DNA of 47,673 nucleotides from Eubacteriales bacterium. GTDB lineage: Bacteria > Bacillota > Clostridia > Christensenellales > Aristaeellaceae. Each line of letters opens with the position of its first letter. Position 1 is the stretch's first letter. The position numbers and the translations under genes are program-made. Below the pieces are notes generated by a model, which saw nothing but the letters and a program-made list of their open reading frames with translations, had not been told where the DNA came from and did no database searches. The stretch lies in assembly GCA_021371895.1 (NCBI GenBank), contig JAJFVI010000142.1, positions 1-47,673 on the forward strand, read 5' to 3'. Below, piece by piece: positions 27,002 through 36,148 of this stretch.

Positions 27002-30000
27002 AGCGCAGGCAGGAGGATCCGCGCGTGGCGCAACCGGCCCGGAAAGAAACCTACCTGACGCTGCTGCCCGATATGGACGAGGGCTTTCATACCGGTTACC
27101 AGACCCGCGCGGGCGTGGTGAGCGACGGTAATCAGCGTCCCCACGAGTGGCTGGAAAGCTTCGCGCGCAACATGCGAACCGCCGGGGAGGACGTCGGCTA
27201 CTCCATTCCGGACGTGCTTGCGGGCGAGGCGCAGCTGCGCCGCCTGATGCGCATGCCCCACGAGGCGGCGATGCGCCATCAGGAAATGGTGGACTGGCGC
27301 GGAGCGCTGGCGGTGCTGCTGCTTTGGGACGGATGGGTGAAGGACGATACCTGGCCCCAGCTCAGCTGCGAGGATATGCTTTCAGGGGAGGGCGGCGCGT
27401 TTCTCCACAGCGTGCGCGCGGCGCTGCCCGCAAACCGAAAAGCCTTTGGGATACGGCTGTTTTTCCTGTCCACGGAACGCGATGGTGTGCCCGAGCGCAA
27501 GGCGCTGGGTATGCTTTCGCCTGTCGTGGCGCTCGCGCCTGCCGCCAACCCCGGCGATCTATCGGGGCTGCTGCCCAAGTGCGTGCATTGGTATAACCGT
27601 GACCGCAAGCGCTTTGAGGATCCCTGCGCCTTTTTAGATGAGGCCGATCGCGCGCGGCTGCTGCAGTACCTTCGCTACCTGCAGGCGCTCAACGAGCGTA
27701 CCGATCTGCAAAGCCCGCTGTACGCAACGGACGCGTCCCTCAGCGGGCTGATCGACCGGTTTATCCGCGATCTGCAAACGCCGCGCACTTCCTGGCGGGA
27801 ACGGTTGGAGGCGGGTGACCCGCACGCGCAGACGGAACTCTACATCCGCGCGTTGGCGGTGTACGGCCTTATGGAGATCAGCGGCCTTACGGGACTCACC
27901 CGGCGGGATATTCCCCTGTCCATCGCGGAGCTCAACTGCAACGTGCTTTTACGCTGGCTGGTTTCCGAGGGCGTCGCCCCGCCGGAGGAATTTGCCGGCA
28001 TCACCGTGACCACCTACGCGTTTGACGGCCTGCCGTTTGCCATCGCCTCCCCGCGTTACCTGCTGGAACCGGTCAACCGGCCGGAAGAGACGGCCACGCT
28101 GCAGCGGCTGTGGGCGGAGATTTCGCTTCCGCTGCAATATAACGGGGAGTGGAACCGCGCCGTGGCCAAGCGCTTTGTGGAGTTGGCCAACCACCTTACC
28201 GGCTTTTCCGGCACCGACAGCCGCGCCAGCCGCCGCGTGATCGAATTGATGCGGCAATGGAGCGCGAAGCTTGCCAATTTCCGCGAATCGGGCGACCGGG
28301 TGCTTTCGCTGAAGCTGCCGCTTTCGGATATGCCCTCCACACTGTCCGGCTTGACGCGGGAGATGGTGGGCATTGACGATACGGAGGCGCTGGCGGGCGC
28401 GTTTTCGGATTGTCTGCTGCTGTGCGCAGGCGACCCGCCCTTTGGCGACGTGGTGCTCAACGAACACTGCGCGGTGCGCGGCGCGGAAAAGTTATACGCC
28501 ATTCCGCCGGTGGCCCCGGCGCTTGCGCTGTGGCTGTCGCGCGCGGCCGAGGAAAGCCAGGATGATCTGCTGCGCCCCCGCCTGCCCGCCGAAGCGTTTG
28601 ATTTTGAGCTGATTCAGGATGCCCATGGGCGTAAGATTCGCGCCCGGATGCACCTTACGCGCAAACAACGTGCGCAGGACGCAACCTTTCAAAACCGCAT
28701 TGAACTGACCAGCGATTATACGTTGGGTACGGAATTTGCCCGGGGGACTGCGGTACCGGTGGCGACCGGGGATTTGCCCACGGTGCGCTGCTGGCCCGCC
28801 GCGCGTCTGGCGCGGGGGCAATGGACAGCCTACTATGTGCTCGCCCAGCGGCCGGACGCGGTGGATGTGCTGGTGCCCGGCGAGGACGGCATGGTACAGG
28901 GTGAGCCGCGCTGCGTTGCGGACGGCGAGGGGGAGCCCCCCGCCGAGCACCGCTGGCAGACCGCACGCACCCGCACCTGGCCGATGTACGTGGCGCTGGC
29001 CCGCGGTAAGCTGAGCCTTGGCGTGTTGCCCAACGACGAACCCGTTTTGCAGCTCAAGCGTGAGGCCCCTGCCGCCGTCGCCATCGATTTCGGCTCCAAC
29101 GCCACCACCGTGATGCTCCGGCAGGGGGAACAGATACGCCCGGCCTCGTTGCCGCCCGAGATGCTTAAAACTTTGCTGAAAGGACGTGTGCAGGACGACT
29201 TGCGCCTGCCTGACGAGCTGCTGCCTGCCCTCTGCTACATGGACGAACGCCGCCCCTCCACCTTTATCAGCGTGATGGACATGTTCAGCGATGACGAGCA
29301 GAAATGGAACGTCCCGCTGCTGGACGGGCACATCTATTACGCGCCCGATCTGGCCGCGCTGCTCAAAAAGAACCCCAACGTCCTCTACTACGATCTCAAA
29401 TGGGGTGAGGAACCCTATGTGGTGCGGTGCCTTCGGCTCTTTCTGAAACAAACTATGCTGCAGGCTTCGCTGGCGGCGCGGCTGGTCGGCTCGCCGACGC
29501 TCAGCTGGCGTATTTCCATGCCCAACGCCATGCCGCTTTACCGGCAGGAAGCTTATCTGGAAATGGTGCGCTCGCTAAGCAAGGAAGTCGCCGCCGATAC
29601 GGGCATGCAGCTGACCGGGGATATGCCGGCAGTACTCTTCGCCCATGAAAACCAGGCGGACGGCCTTTATTTCCGCTACCGTAACGAGGTCAATGCGCGC
29701 AACGGCTATGTGAACATGGACGTGGGCGGCGGTACGACCGACCTGAGCGTGTGGCTGGGCGGCGCGTCGCGGGCTTCCATTGAGGCGTCGCTGCTGCTGG
29801 GTTGCCGGCAGATTCTCTTCGATTCGCTTTCCTCACGCCGCCGTGCCGAGTTCGAGGCGGATTTTGCCAATGCGGACGCGGGTTTGTACCGTCTGGTGCA
29901 GGAGATGGTGCGCGCTTTCGCGGCCGGCCGCAATTCGCTGCGTGCCCGCCAGAAAAACGTATTCCTGCTGGATGCGTTTTTTGCCCGCCATAGCGAAAGC

Positions 30001-30648
30001 ATCGCCGAAACCATGGCCGCCATCCGCGGCGAAGGCCGGGTGAGCCTGCTGGAAAGTCTGCTGCTCTTGAACTTCGGCTTCCTCTTCCGCCTTTGCGGAG
30101 AATTGCTGGATCGCTGTGATTACAGCGAAGAAACCCGCGCCCAGCTTTGCCCGCGTATGGAGATCTGCGTGGCGGGCAACGGCGGCCAGTTTTTAAAGAT
30201 CTTTGACCGCGATACGCGCACCAAGCTGTTCCGCCTGGCGCTTTCCGCCCTTAACCCCGATCACCCCGTGCGGGAGCTGATATTGCTGCAAAGTCGGCAT
30301 CCCAAGCAGGAGGTCGCCCGCGGGTTGCTGGCGGATATTACGCGTCTGGCCAGCAGCGTGCAGGGCGGCGAGGCCGTGGGCCCCGCGCAAACGCTGGCGG
30401 TGCCTTCGGAGAAGCGCCGCGCACTGCTCAAGGAATACTTACAGGATTTTTATTCCGCCTTCCCTCAGGCGGGGGAAAAGCTGCTGGGCAGAGCTTTTGA
30501 GCGGGATGTGAACCCGCAGGTCGTGCGGTTGAAGGCCGCCGCCGAGATTGAGCTGGAAACGGTGCTGGACAACGAAATGGACGACGGGGACGAATTCGGC
30601 GGGTACGTGCGCGCCTTCGCCGCCATGAAGCGTCTGTGGGAAATCTGA
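26998..30648 (+). CDS. 1216-aa protein with C-terminal actin/Hsp70-fold (ASKHA) ATPase motifs
   Basis: The ATG at 26998 overlaps the upstream stop as ATGA. Phosphate-1-like AAVAIDFGSN is at 29071-29100. Phosphate-2-like DVGGGTTD is at 29719-29742. Adenosine-like VAGNGGQ is at 30169-30189. I recognise no motif in the N-terminal 690 aa or so. Confidence 0.6.
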   Translation: MKRRQEDPRVAQPARKETYLTLLPDMDEGFHTGYQTRAGVVSDGNQRPHEWLESFARNMRTAGEDVGYSIPDVLAGEAQLRRLMRMPHEAAMRHQEMVDWRGALAVLLLWDGWVKDDTWPQLSCEDMLSGEGGAFLHSVRAALPANRKAFGIRLFFLSTERDGVPERKALGMLSPVVALAPAANPGDLSGLLPKCVHWYNRDRKRFEDPCAFLDEADRARLLQYLRYLQALNERTDLQSPLYATDASLSGLIDRFIRDLQTPRTSWRERLEAGDPHAQTELYIRALAVYGLMEISGLTGLTRRDIPLSIAELNCNVLLRWLVSEGVAPPEEFAGITVTTYAFDGLPFAIASPRYLLEPVNRPEETATLQRLWAEISLPLQYNGEWNRAVAKRFVELANHLTGFSGTDSRASRRVIELMRQWSAKLANFRESGDRVLSLKLPLSDMPSTLSGLTREMVGIDDTEALAGAFSDCLLLCAGDPPFGDVVLNEHCAVRGAEKLYAIPPVAPALALWLSRAAEESQDDLLRPRLPAEAFDFELIQDAHGRKIRARMHLTRKQRAQDATFQNRIELTSDYTLGTEFARGTAVPVATGDLPTVRCWPAARLARGQWTAYYVLAQRPDAVDVLVPGEDGMVQGEPRCVADGEGEPPAEHRWQTARTRTWPMYVALARGKLSLGVLPNDEPVLQLKREAPAAVAIDFGSNATTVMLRQGEQIRPASLPPEMLKTLLKGRVQDDLRLPDELLPALCYMDERRPSTFISVMDMFSDDEQKWNVPLLDGHIYYAPDLAALLKKNPNVLYYDLKWGEEPYVVRCLRLFLKQTMLQASLAARLVGSPTLSWRISMPNAMPLYRQEAYLEMVRSLSKEVAADTGMQLTGDMPAVLFAHENQADGLYFRYRNEVNARNGYVNMDVGGGTTDLSVWLGGASRASIEASLLLGCRQILFDSLSSRRRAEFEADFANADAGLYRLVQEMVRAFAAGRNSLRARQKNVFLLDAFFARHSESIAETMAAIRGEGRVSLLESLLLLNFGFLFRLCGELLDRCDYSEETRAQLCPRMEICVAGNGGQFLKIFDRDTRTKLFRLALSALNPDHPVRELILLQSRHPKQEVARGLLADITRLASSVQGGEAVGPAQTLAVPSEKRRALLKEYLQDFYSAFPQAGEKLLGRAFERDVNPQVVRLKAAAEIELETVLDNEMDDGDEFGGYVRAFAAMKRLWEI

Positions 30649-30695
30649 TGTCGCATTTTTAAAGCGTACGTGAAGAGCGCTGACTTCTAAAGCGC

Positions 30696-30743
30696 AAAAA
30701 ACACCCGTGCCGAAGGTGAGCAGCATCCGGCACGGGCGTTTTG
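30696..30743. terminator. Bidirectional terminator between convergent genes
   Basis: AAAAAA, then CCCGTGCCG, a 15-nt loop, CGGCACGGG, then CGTTTT. It lies between the stop at 30648 (+) and the stop at 30759 (-). Confidence 0.65.
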
Positions 30744-30758
30744 CATTGATATGCCGCG

Positions 30759-32765
30759 TTAGGGCTTATAGTAATGGATGATCTTCACACATCGGTCGTT
30801 ATTGAGCAAATATTGCAATATCCACACCTTGCCGTCCGTTGTTTTGCAGGAATATTGCACGGTACGGGTATCGTCGTCGTTTTGCAGCACCACGCCGGAG
30901 TTGAGATCGTTGTAATAGAGGTTGCGGCTGCCGTCCTGGTTGGGAAGCATCCCCATATCCTTATAAGCGGCCACGATGTCGCTTTCGCTGTCACCCAGCC
31001 CCACGCCGCGCGGCGACGCGGCAATCTTATCGTTCATCTCGATGCGCACCATCTGCCATTTGTTCTCGTTAAGGATAAACACGGCATACCCCCAAGCATA
31101 CTCCAGGTGCTGCGCCTCGTCCGCCAGGGTCAGGTATTGTGTGGTAACAGCCGATTTGGGCTGTCCGAACTGCGCCTTGAAATCTTCTACGGAGGTGCTG
31201 TTGAGCTTGAAGCCGTCGAAGGTGTCCGCGTCGCTGTAGATCGCCTGCAGATACGGCTTGGCCTTGAATTTGTAGGTGACTTCCAGCGTGCTGGATTGTT
31301 TGCCATAGCCGTTTACGGCGATCGCCCGCAGGGTGACGCCGCCGCTGGGCAGTTGGATAGGCGTTCCATCGTACACGGGGCTCAGTTCCGGGTCGGGGGT
31401 GGATCCGTCGATGGTGTAATAAAAGGTCTGCTGATCTTCCTTGGCGAGTTGCTCCTTGGTCTTTTTACTGCGCTGCTCCCTGGTTTGGGTATTGGCGCCC
31501 GCGCGTAAACCGACTGTGTGGAGGCTAGTATAGGTGTTGGGTGCGAGGTTGCATTTGGGGGCGGGGGGCGAGGGGTAATAAACGGTGTAGGACATACTCA
31601 TCTCGTCGCTCACCAGGTCGTCCGCCACGCATACGGCGCGCAGGACGAAAGTGCCTTCGGGGATCGTGACGGTGTTGTTCTCCACCAGTTGTCCGCCCTT
31701 CGGCAGCACCGCGGCGCTATCCAGCGTATAGTAAATCTCGTACCCCTGCGGTGAGGTAACGGTGATGCGCTGTTCCAACTCGTAGCGGCCCGCGAGGTGA
31801 TCGGTGTCCACCTGGGGCGTATTGGGGATAAAATCCTTGCGCTGCTGGCGGAAGCTGTCTTTATCGGTGCTCTGGTAAGCCAGCAGCATCATATCGGCGG
31901 CTTCCGGGTCGCGCCCGGTATCCAGGTAGAGGGTGATAAGCGCCGTATACGCTTCGGTGCGCGAAGGGTTGACCGTTTTGATCAGCGATTGGTAAACCGC
32001 TTCCGCTTCGTTATCCATGCTGTTAAGTTCGTAAGCGGTACTCAATTGCATCAGGCCGTCGTAGTTCTCGGGATCCAGAATATCGGCGATGCGGAAAGCT
32101 ATAATGGAATCGTCCATATCGCCTTCATCCAAATACTCCTGCCCGACCACCCAGTAGGACTGCGCGGGCGCGTCGTCCAGCGATTTAAGCGCTTCCTTAC
32201 GCGCTGTTTCCCTTGCGGAGTCGGCGCTGGAGGCCAGCGTAAGCAGCGCCTCGTTGGTGGCGAGCACACGCTTGCGCGCGGTCATGCGCTGTCCGGCGTC
32301 GGAGGTGTTCAGGTAAACCAGGTAGCCTATGCCCGCGAGCATGGCGAGGCCTACGCAGATTACGCCGATCATCATCCAGTTTACGGGATGCTGGGACACG
32401 CCCTTGGCTTTGCCGCGGCGGGAAACCACCGGCCGCGTGCGGCTGCTGCCGTGCACCGGTACGCCCCGGCGGGTGTTGGGGCGGCTGGCAAAGGTTTCCA
32501 GCACGGGCCCGGAAGCCTTTGGCGGCTTGCGGTGCACGCCGCGCTCCTGTTCCACGGGGAAGGGTGAGTTTTCAAAATCCCCATACTCGGGTATTTCGCT
32601 GCGCGCCTCGTCCGGCAGGGAAGTAGGAGCAGCGCTATGGCGGCCCTGCCTGAGGGCGCGCACGCCCGTATCCCGCGGCTCGTCGCTGCGGCTTACCATT
32701 GCGCCGCAAATGTGGCAAATAATCTCGTCCTCCTCAAGATAGTTGCCACAGCGTTTACAGATCAT
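30759..32765 (-). CDS. Zinc-ribbon / single-TM / TPR protein with C-terminal chitobiase-hexosaminidase-C-like (Fn3-associated) domains
   Basis: The ATG at 32765 (MICKRCGNYLEEDEIICHICGAMV, a CxxC...CxxC zinc ribbon) follows GGGAGGAA. The TM segment is WMMIGVICVGLAMLAGIGYLVYL. Downstream are TPR-like repeats and two YYT(L/I)DGS...LRA(V/I) modules. The ORF-track start at 32909 would overlap the upstream gene. Confidence 0.7.
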   Translation of the reverse strand: MICKRCGNYLEEDEIICHICGAMVSRSDEPRDTGVRALRQGRHSAAPTSLPDEARSEIPEYGDFENSPFPVEQERGVHRKPPKASGPVLETFASRPNTRRGVPVHGSSRTRPVVSRRGKAKGVSQHPVNWMMIGVICVGLAMLAGIGYLVYLNTSDAGQRMTARKRVLATNEALLTLASSADSARETARKEALKSLDDAPAQSYWVVGQEYLDEGDMDDSIIAFRIADILDPENYDGLMQLSTAYELNSMDNEAEAVYQSLIKTVNPSRTEAYTALITLYLDTGRDPEAADMMLLAYQSTDKDSFRQQRKDFIPNTPQVDTDHLAGRYELEQRITVTSPQGYEIYYTLDSAAVLPKGGQLVENNTVTIPEGTFVLRAVCVADDLVSDEMSMSYTVYYPSPPAPKCNLAPNTYTSLHTVGLRAGANTQTREQRSKKTKEQLAKEDQQTFYYTIDGSTPDPELSPVYDGTPIQLPSGGVTLRAIAVNGYGKQSSTLEVTYKFKAKPYLQAIYSDADTFDGFKLNSTSVEDFKAQFGQPKSAVTTQYLTLADEAQHLEYAWGYAVFILNENKWQMVRIEMNDKIAASPRGVGLGDSESDIVAAYKDMGMLPNQDGSRNLYYNDLNSGVVLQNDDDTRTVQYSCKTTDGKVWILQYLLNNDRCVKIIHYYKP

Positions 32766-32809
32766 GAAACGGTTTCCTCCCTTCCCGAAATTGCGATGCC
32801 GCCTGTTGG

Positions 32810-33496
32810 TTACGGCGTCACCTGTGGGGTCGGGGACTGGTTGTTGACCGCGTGGTCGTTGATCACCAGCTGAAATTCCTGCCCCAGAAAAGCCGCGGCT
32901 TTTTCGCACATCACGATGCGCGGCATGTAGATACTCAGGTAATCCAACACGCTGCTGGAACTGTCCATGGTCAGGGATTGCCGTATGAGGCGGGTTTTCC
33001 GATCGACAATCACAGTGTTTTGCTGTATGGAGAAATTGACGCGGTCGTGCACGTCGCCGGGGTCGGGCCGACCGTTGCGCACACGGCTTTTGTGTGCGTC
33101 GCTCTTATCGCCGATGACCAGCGCCGCGCTTACGGCGCTGCTTACGATGCCGCTCTGCTCCTCATGGTTGCCTACGGCGGTGATGATCTCCACGGTATCC
33201 ACGATGCTCATGCCCGCCTCCTTAAGGATGGGAAAGAGCATTACGGCGCCGTTGGGGCCGTGATCGTGGCGGTTGATGCTGTTGCCCACGTCGTGTACCC
33301 AGCCGGCGATGGCCGCCAGCTCGATTTCCCGCTCACTGTACCCTAAAGCTTTGAGGATGTAGCTCGCCGTGCGGCTGACGTAACTCAGGTGTCTGGGCCC
33401 GTGGTCGGTGTACCCCAGCGCTTCCAGGTAATGGTTGCCCGCTTTGACCAGCGCACGGATACTCTCGTTTCTCTTGATCTCATCCAGTGTGATCAT
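32810..33496 (-). CDS. HD-domain phosphohydrolase
   Basis: 228 aa. The H...HD motif is present (GPRHLSY...GWVHDVGNSINRHDHG). Confidence 0.8.
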   Translation of the reverse strand: MITLDEIKRNESIRALVKAGNHYLEALGYTDHGPRHLSYVSRTASYILKALGYSEREIELAAIAGWVHDVGNSINRHDHGPNGAVMLFPILKEAGMSIVDTVEIITAVGNHEEQSGIVSSAVSAALVIGDKSDAHKSRVRNGRPDPGDVHDRVNFSIQQNTVIVDRKTRLIRQSLTMDSSSSVLDYLSIYMPRIVMCEKAAAFLGQEFQLVINDHAVNNQSPTPQVTP

Positions 33497-33545
33497 ACTA
33501 CCTCCTCAGGGCCTATGGGTCGGCAGAGCCGGATGCCCGGATCAA

Positions 33546-34370
33546 TCAGCGTTTTTGCAGCCGCTTGACGGCCGCATAGGTGGGATCGCCGGTAAAATCG
33601 CGTATGGGCGCTTCACCACCCAGACGTTCGATGGCGCTGCGGATCTCGATAAAGTCGATATAGTGAATTTTAGGATCCTCGGCGGCATTGAGTAGCGGCT
33701 CCAGCGCGCGGTCGTCGTCCAGCTTGCCCAGGTAGCCCGCGTACAGCGCGCGCTTGTCCACATTCGTTTGAAACTGTTTCAGCGCGAAGGTGACCACGTC
33801 CTTGTCGTCGGGGAAATCGGCCAGCACGTCCAGCAGCGCCTCCTTGCCAGCCTCGTCCGCCGCCGTAAACGCGACCTTGGCGGGTTTCTGGACTTCCGCG
33901 CCCATGCTGCGAAGACTGTCCAGCGTGTTATCCAACAGTTCCTCGGCCTCGTCGCGCTCTACCTGCCAGCGCAGGTAGTCTACCATCGGGGCGCGGCTCT
34001 CCCATTGCCTGAGCAGATCCACTGCGTGCATCCGCGCGCCGATCGGCGCGTCCCTGTCCCGAAGCAGTGCCAGCACGGGTGTCTGCTGCGCAAGCTCCTC
34101 CAACCGGGTCAGCAGCGGGTCGGGCACGGGTACTTCGGCGCTTGCGTAGTCCGTAAGCAGCGCGACCAATGCCGCGGCGTCGGTATAACGGTCGAAATAC
34201 GCGCCCGGCGCGATACCGCCAAGCCACGGGGCGGGCTTCTGAAGCCAGACCATGTAGTAGCTGGCGGCGGCTTCTTCCAGCGCCTCCGGGCGCTTGTACT
34301 TCCCGCGGTTCTTCTCGATCCAAGTGTTGAGGTCGTCGCTGAAGCGTTCGTCAAAGTCAATCCGTTCCAT
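33546..34370 (-). CDS. Hypothetical protein (helical repeat-like)
   Basis: 274-aa ORF in an operon context, overlapping the upstream TPR gene by 14 nt. I recognise no family. Confidence 0.55.
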   Translation of the reverse strand: MERIDFDERFSDDLNTWIEKNRGKYKRPEALEEAAASYYMVWLQKPAPWLGGIAPGAYFDRYTDAAALVALLTDYASAEVPVPDPLLTRLEELAQQTPVLALLRDRDAPIGARMHAVDLLRQWESRAPMVDYLRWQVERDEAEELLDNTLDSLRSMGAEVQKPAKVAFTAADEAGKEALLDVLADFPDDKDVVTFALKQFQTNVDKRALYAGYLGKLDDDRALEPLLNAAEDPKIHYIDFIEIRSAIERLGGEAPIRDFTGDPTYAAVKRLQKR

Positions 34371-36108
34371 GGGGATGTCCTCCTTTGGTCGGTTTTAGCT
34401 GGGCGGGTTTCCTGTCGGGCAGGGGCATCAGCTCACACAGGTCCCGAAACGCCGTGCGTACCCGCCGCCGCTCATCCGCGGTGTAGCGTAAAAGCTCCTG
34501 CAGGCGGGCGCTGTCGGGAAGGCCATACGTTAACAGATAATGCTGCTCCAGCGCCGCGCGCATAACGGCGTTCGTATCGCGTACGAACTTCCCGCGCTGG
34601 CGTGGCGTGACCATGTTGAGCATACGCAAGGCGTGGGTCATCAGCCGCGTGTCACCGGTCGTTCTTTCCAGGTCGACCATACGTCGCACCAGCATGATAC
34701 GCGACAGGTTGGAATCGCGCCGGCTGAGCACGGAAGGGTTGATTTCGGCAATGCGGCCACCATGCCAGACGACGAAAGGCGGTTTGGCACCCAGGTTCAT
34801 CAGCGCCGCGGCGGCGAAGCGCTTTATCCGGTCATCGGGGGTGGGCTGCACCAGCGCTTCCCGAAACAGCCTTTCGGCAAACGCGGGAGGCAGTTGTTCG
34901 GCCAACAGCGGGATGAGGCGGCCCAGTTGATGGCTGCCGTCCCCCAACTCGTAGAGGAACAGGTTATACAGGGATTCGTCCTCCTGCAGCTCCTGGCAGA
35001 ACACATCGGTGCCCTTGCTGATCGCCTTGGCCAACTGGGCGAGGCAATCGTTGCTTTCGGCGGGCGAAAGCAGGGGGTAAAATGGCAGAGCTTTGGCGGC
35101 GTAACTCACCTGCCAGGGCTTTAATTCCAGCCCGTTCCACTGTTCAATGGTGCGGCTGGTGCAACGGGCGGGCACGTCGGTGGGATCCAGCGCGCGGCAG
35201 TGGTGCAACAGCGACTCGGCATCGCTGATCCGCCCCAGTTTGAGCATCACCACGCCGGTGTTAAAAACGGTGGGGAGCCGATCAGGGCTGAGCTTGAGCG
35301 CATGTCGCAGCACGCTGAGCGCCAGCTCCGGAAACCCGAGGCTTACGGCGGAGTAGCAAAACAGCTGCTCGTCCTGCGTGGTTTTACAGCACAGCGCCGC
35401 GCTAAGCAGGGCGGACGCGCCTTTGGCGCGGTTGCCCCACTGGCACCAGGCTCCGGCCAGCGTGCAACGTGCCCGCAGGCTGCGGGGGTTGCGTCGGCAT
35501 GCGCGCTGCGCGCTGCGCACGGCCCCCTTAAGGTCTCCCAGTTCCTGTAAAAGCAGGGAACGCAGAGAATCGTACCGCTCGTCCGCCCAGCGTGCGGGCC
35601 GGGCACGGGTCAGCGCGCGGGCTGCGCGCGCCAGATTCCCTCCTGACAGCCGGTTGCTGGCGATGTTCAACTGTGTTTCGTAGCGCGCCTGCAGACGCAT
35701 GCGCTTGTTTTCGGCGGCCTCCAGCTCGTCCAGATCCTCGTCGTACTCGGCGATTCCACCCGCCTGTTTCACGCCCAGCAGATAACGGGAAAACGCATCC
35801 AGCGCCTCCTGTTCGCGCCCCAGTGCCAGCATGTTGCGGCCGATAAGACCGTAGCAGGCGTAGTGTCTGGAGTTAAGCGTAAGCGCGCCGAAAGCGGCGC
35901 GGTTGCTGGCCTCGTAGCATTCCATCTCCTGTAGGGCGCGGGCGTAGGCGACGCGCAGGTCGCTGTCCGCCGGGGAAAGCGTCACCGCGTGCCGCAGCAG
36001 CGCCGCCGCGCGACGGTGGTTGCCCTGCCGGCGATGGCGGTCGGCGCGCCCCATCCAGTAGGCGCTGGAACGCTGGAGCTTGACGATTTCTCCGGATTTC
36101 AGACTCAT
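34357..36108 (-). CDS. TPR repeat protein
   Basis: 583 aa with multiple A/L/Y-rich 34-aa-like repeats (for example RAAALLRHAVTLSPADSDLRVAYARALQEMECYEASNR). Confidence 0.7.
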   Translation of the reverse strand: MSLKSGEIVKLQRSSAYWMGRADRHRRQGNHRRAAALLRHAVTLSPADSDLRVAYARALQEMECYEASNRAAFGALTLNSRHYACYGLIGRNMLALGREQEALDAFSRYLLGVKQAGGIAEYDEDLDELEAAENKRMRLQARYETQLNIASNRLSGGNLARAARALTRARPARWADERYDSLRSLLLQELGDLKGAVRSAQRACRRNPRSLRARCTLAGAWCQWGNRAKGASALLSAALCCKTTQDEQLFCYSAVSLGFPELALSVLRHALKLSPDRLPTVFNTGVVMLKLGRISDAESLLHHCRALDPTDVPARCTSRTIEQWNGLELKPWQVSYAAKALPFYPLLSPAESNDCLAQLAKAISKGTDVFCQELQEDESLYNLFLYELGDGSHQLGRLIPLLAEQLPPAFAERLFREALVQPTPDDRIKRFAAAALMNLGAKPPFVVWHGGRIAEINPSVLSRRDSNLSRIMLVRRMVDLERTTGDTRLMTHALRMLNMVTPRQRGKFVRDTNAVMRAALEQHYLLTYGLPDSARLQELLRYTADERRRVRTAFRDLCELMPLPDRKPAQLKPTKGGHPHGTD

Positions 36109-36148
36109 TTTATACTCCTTGGCGGCGTTTGCGAGTGTGAACGGCGTG

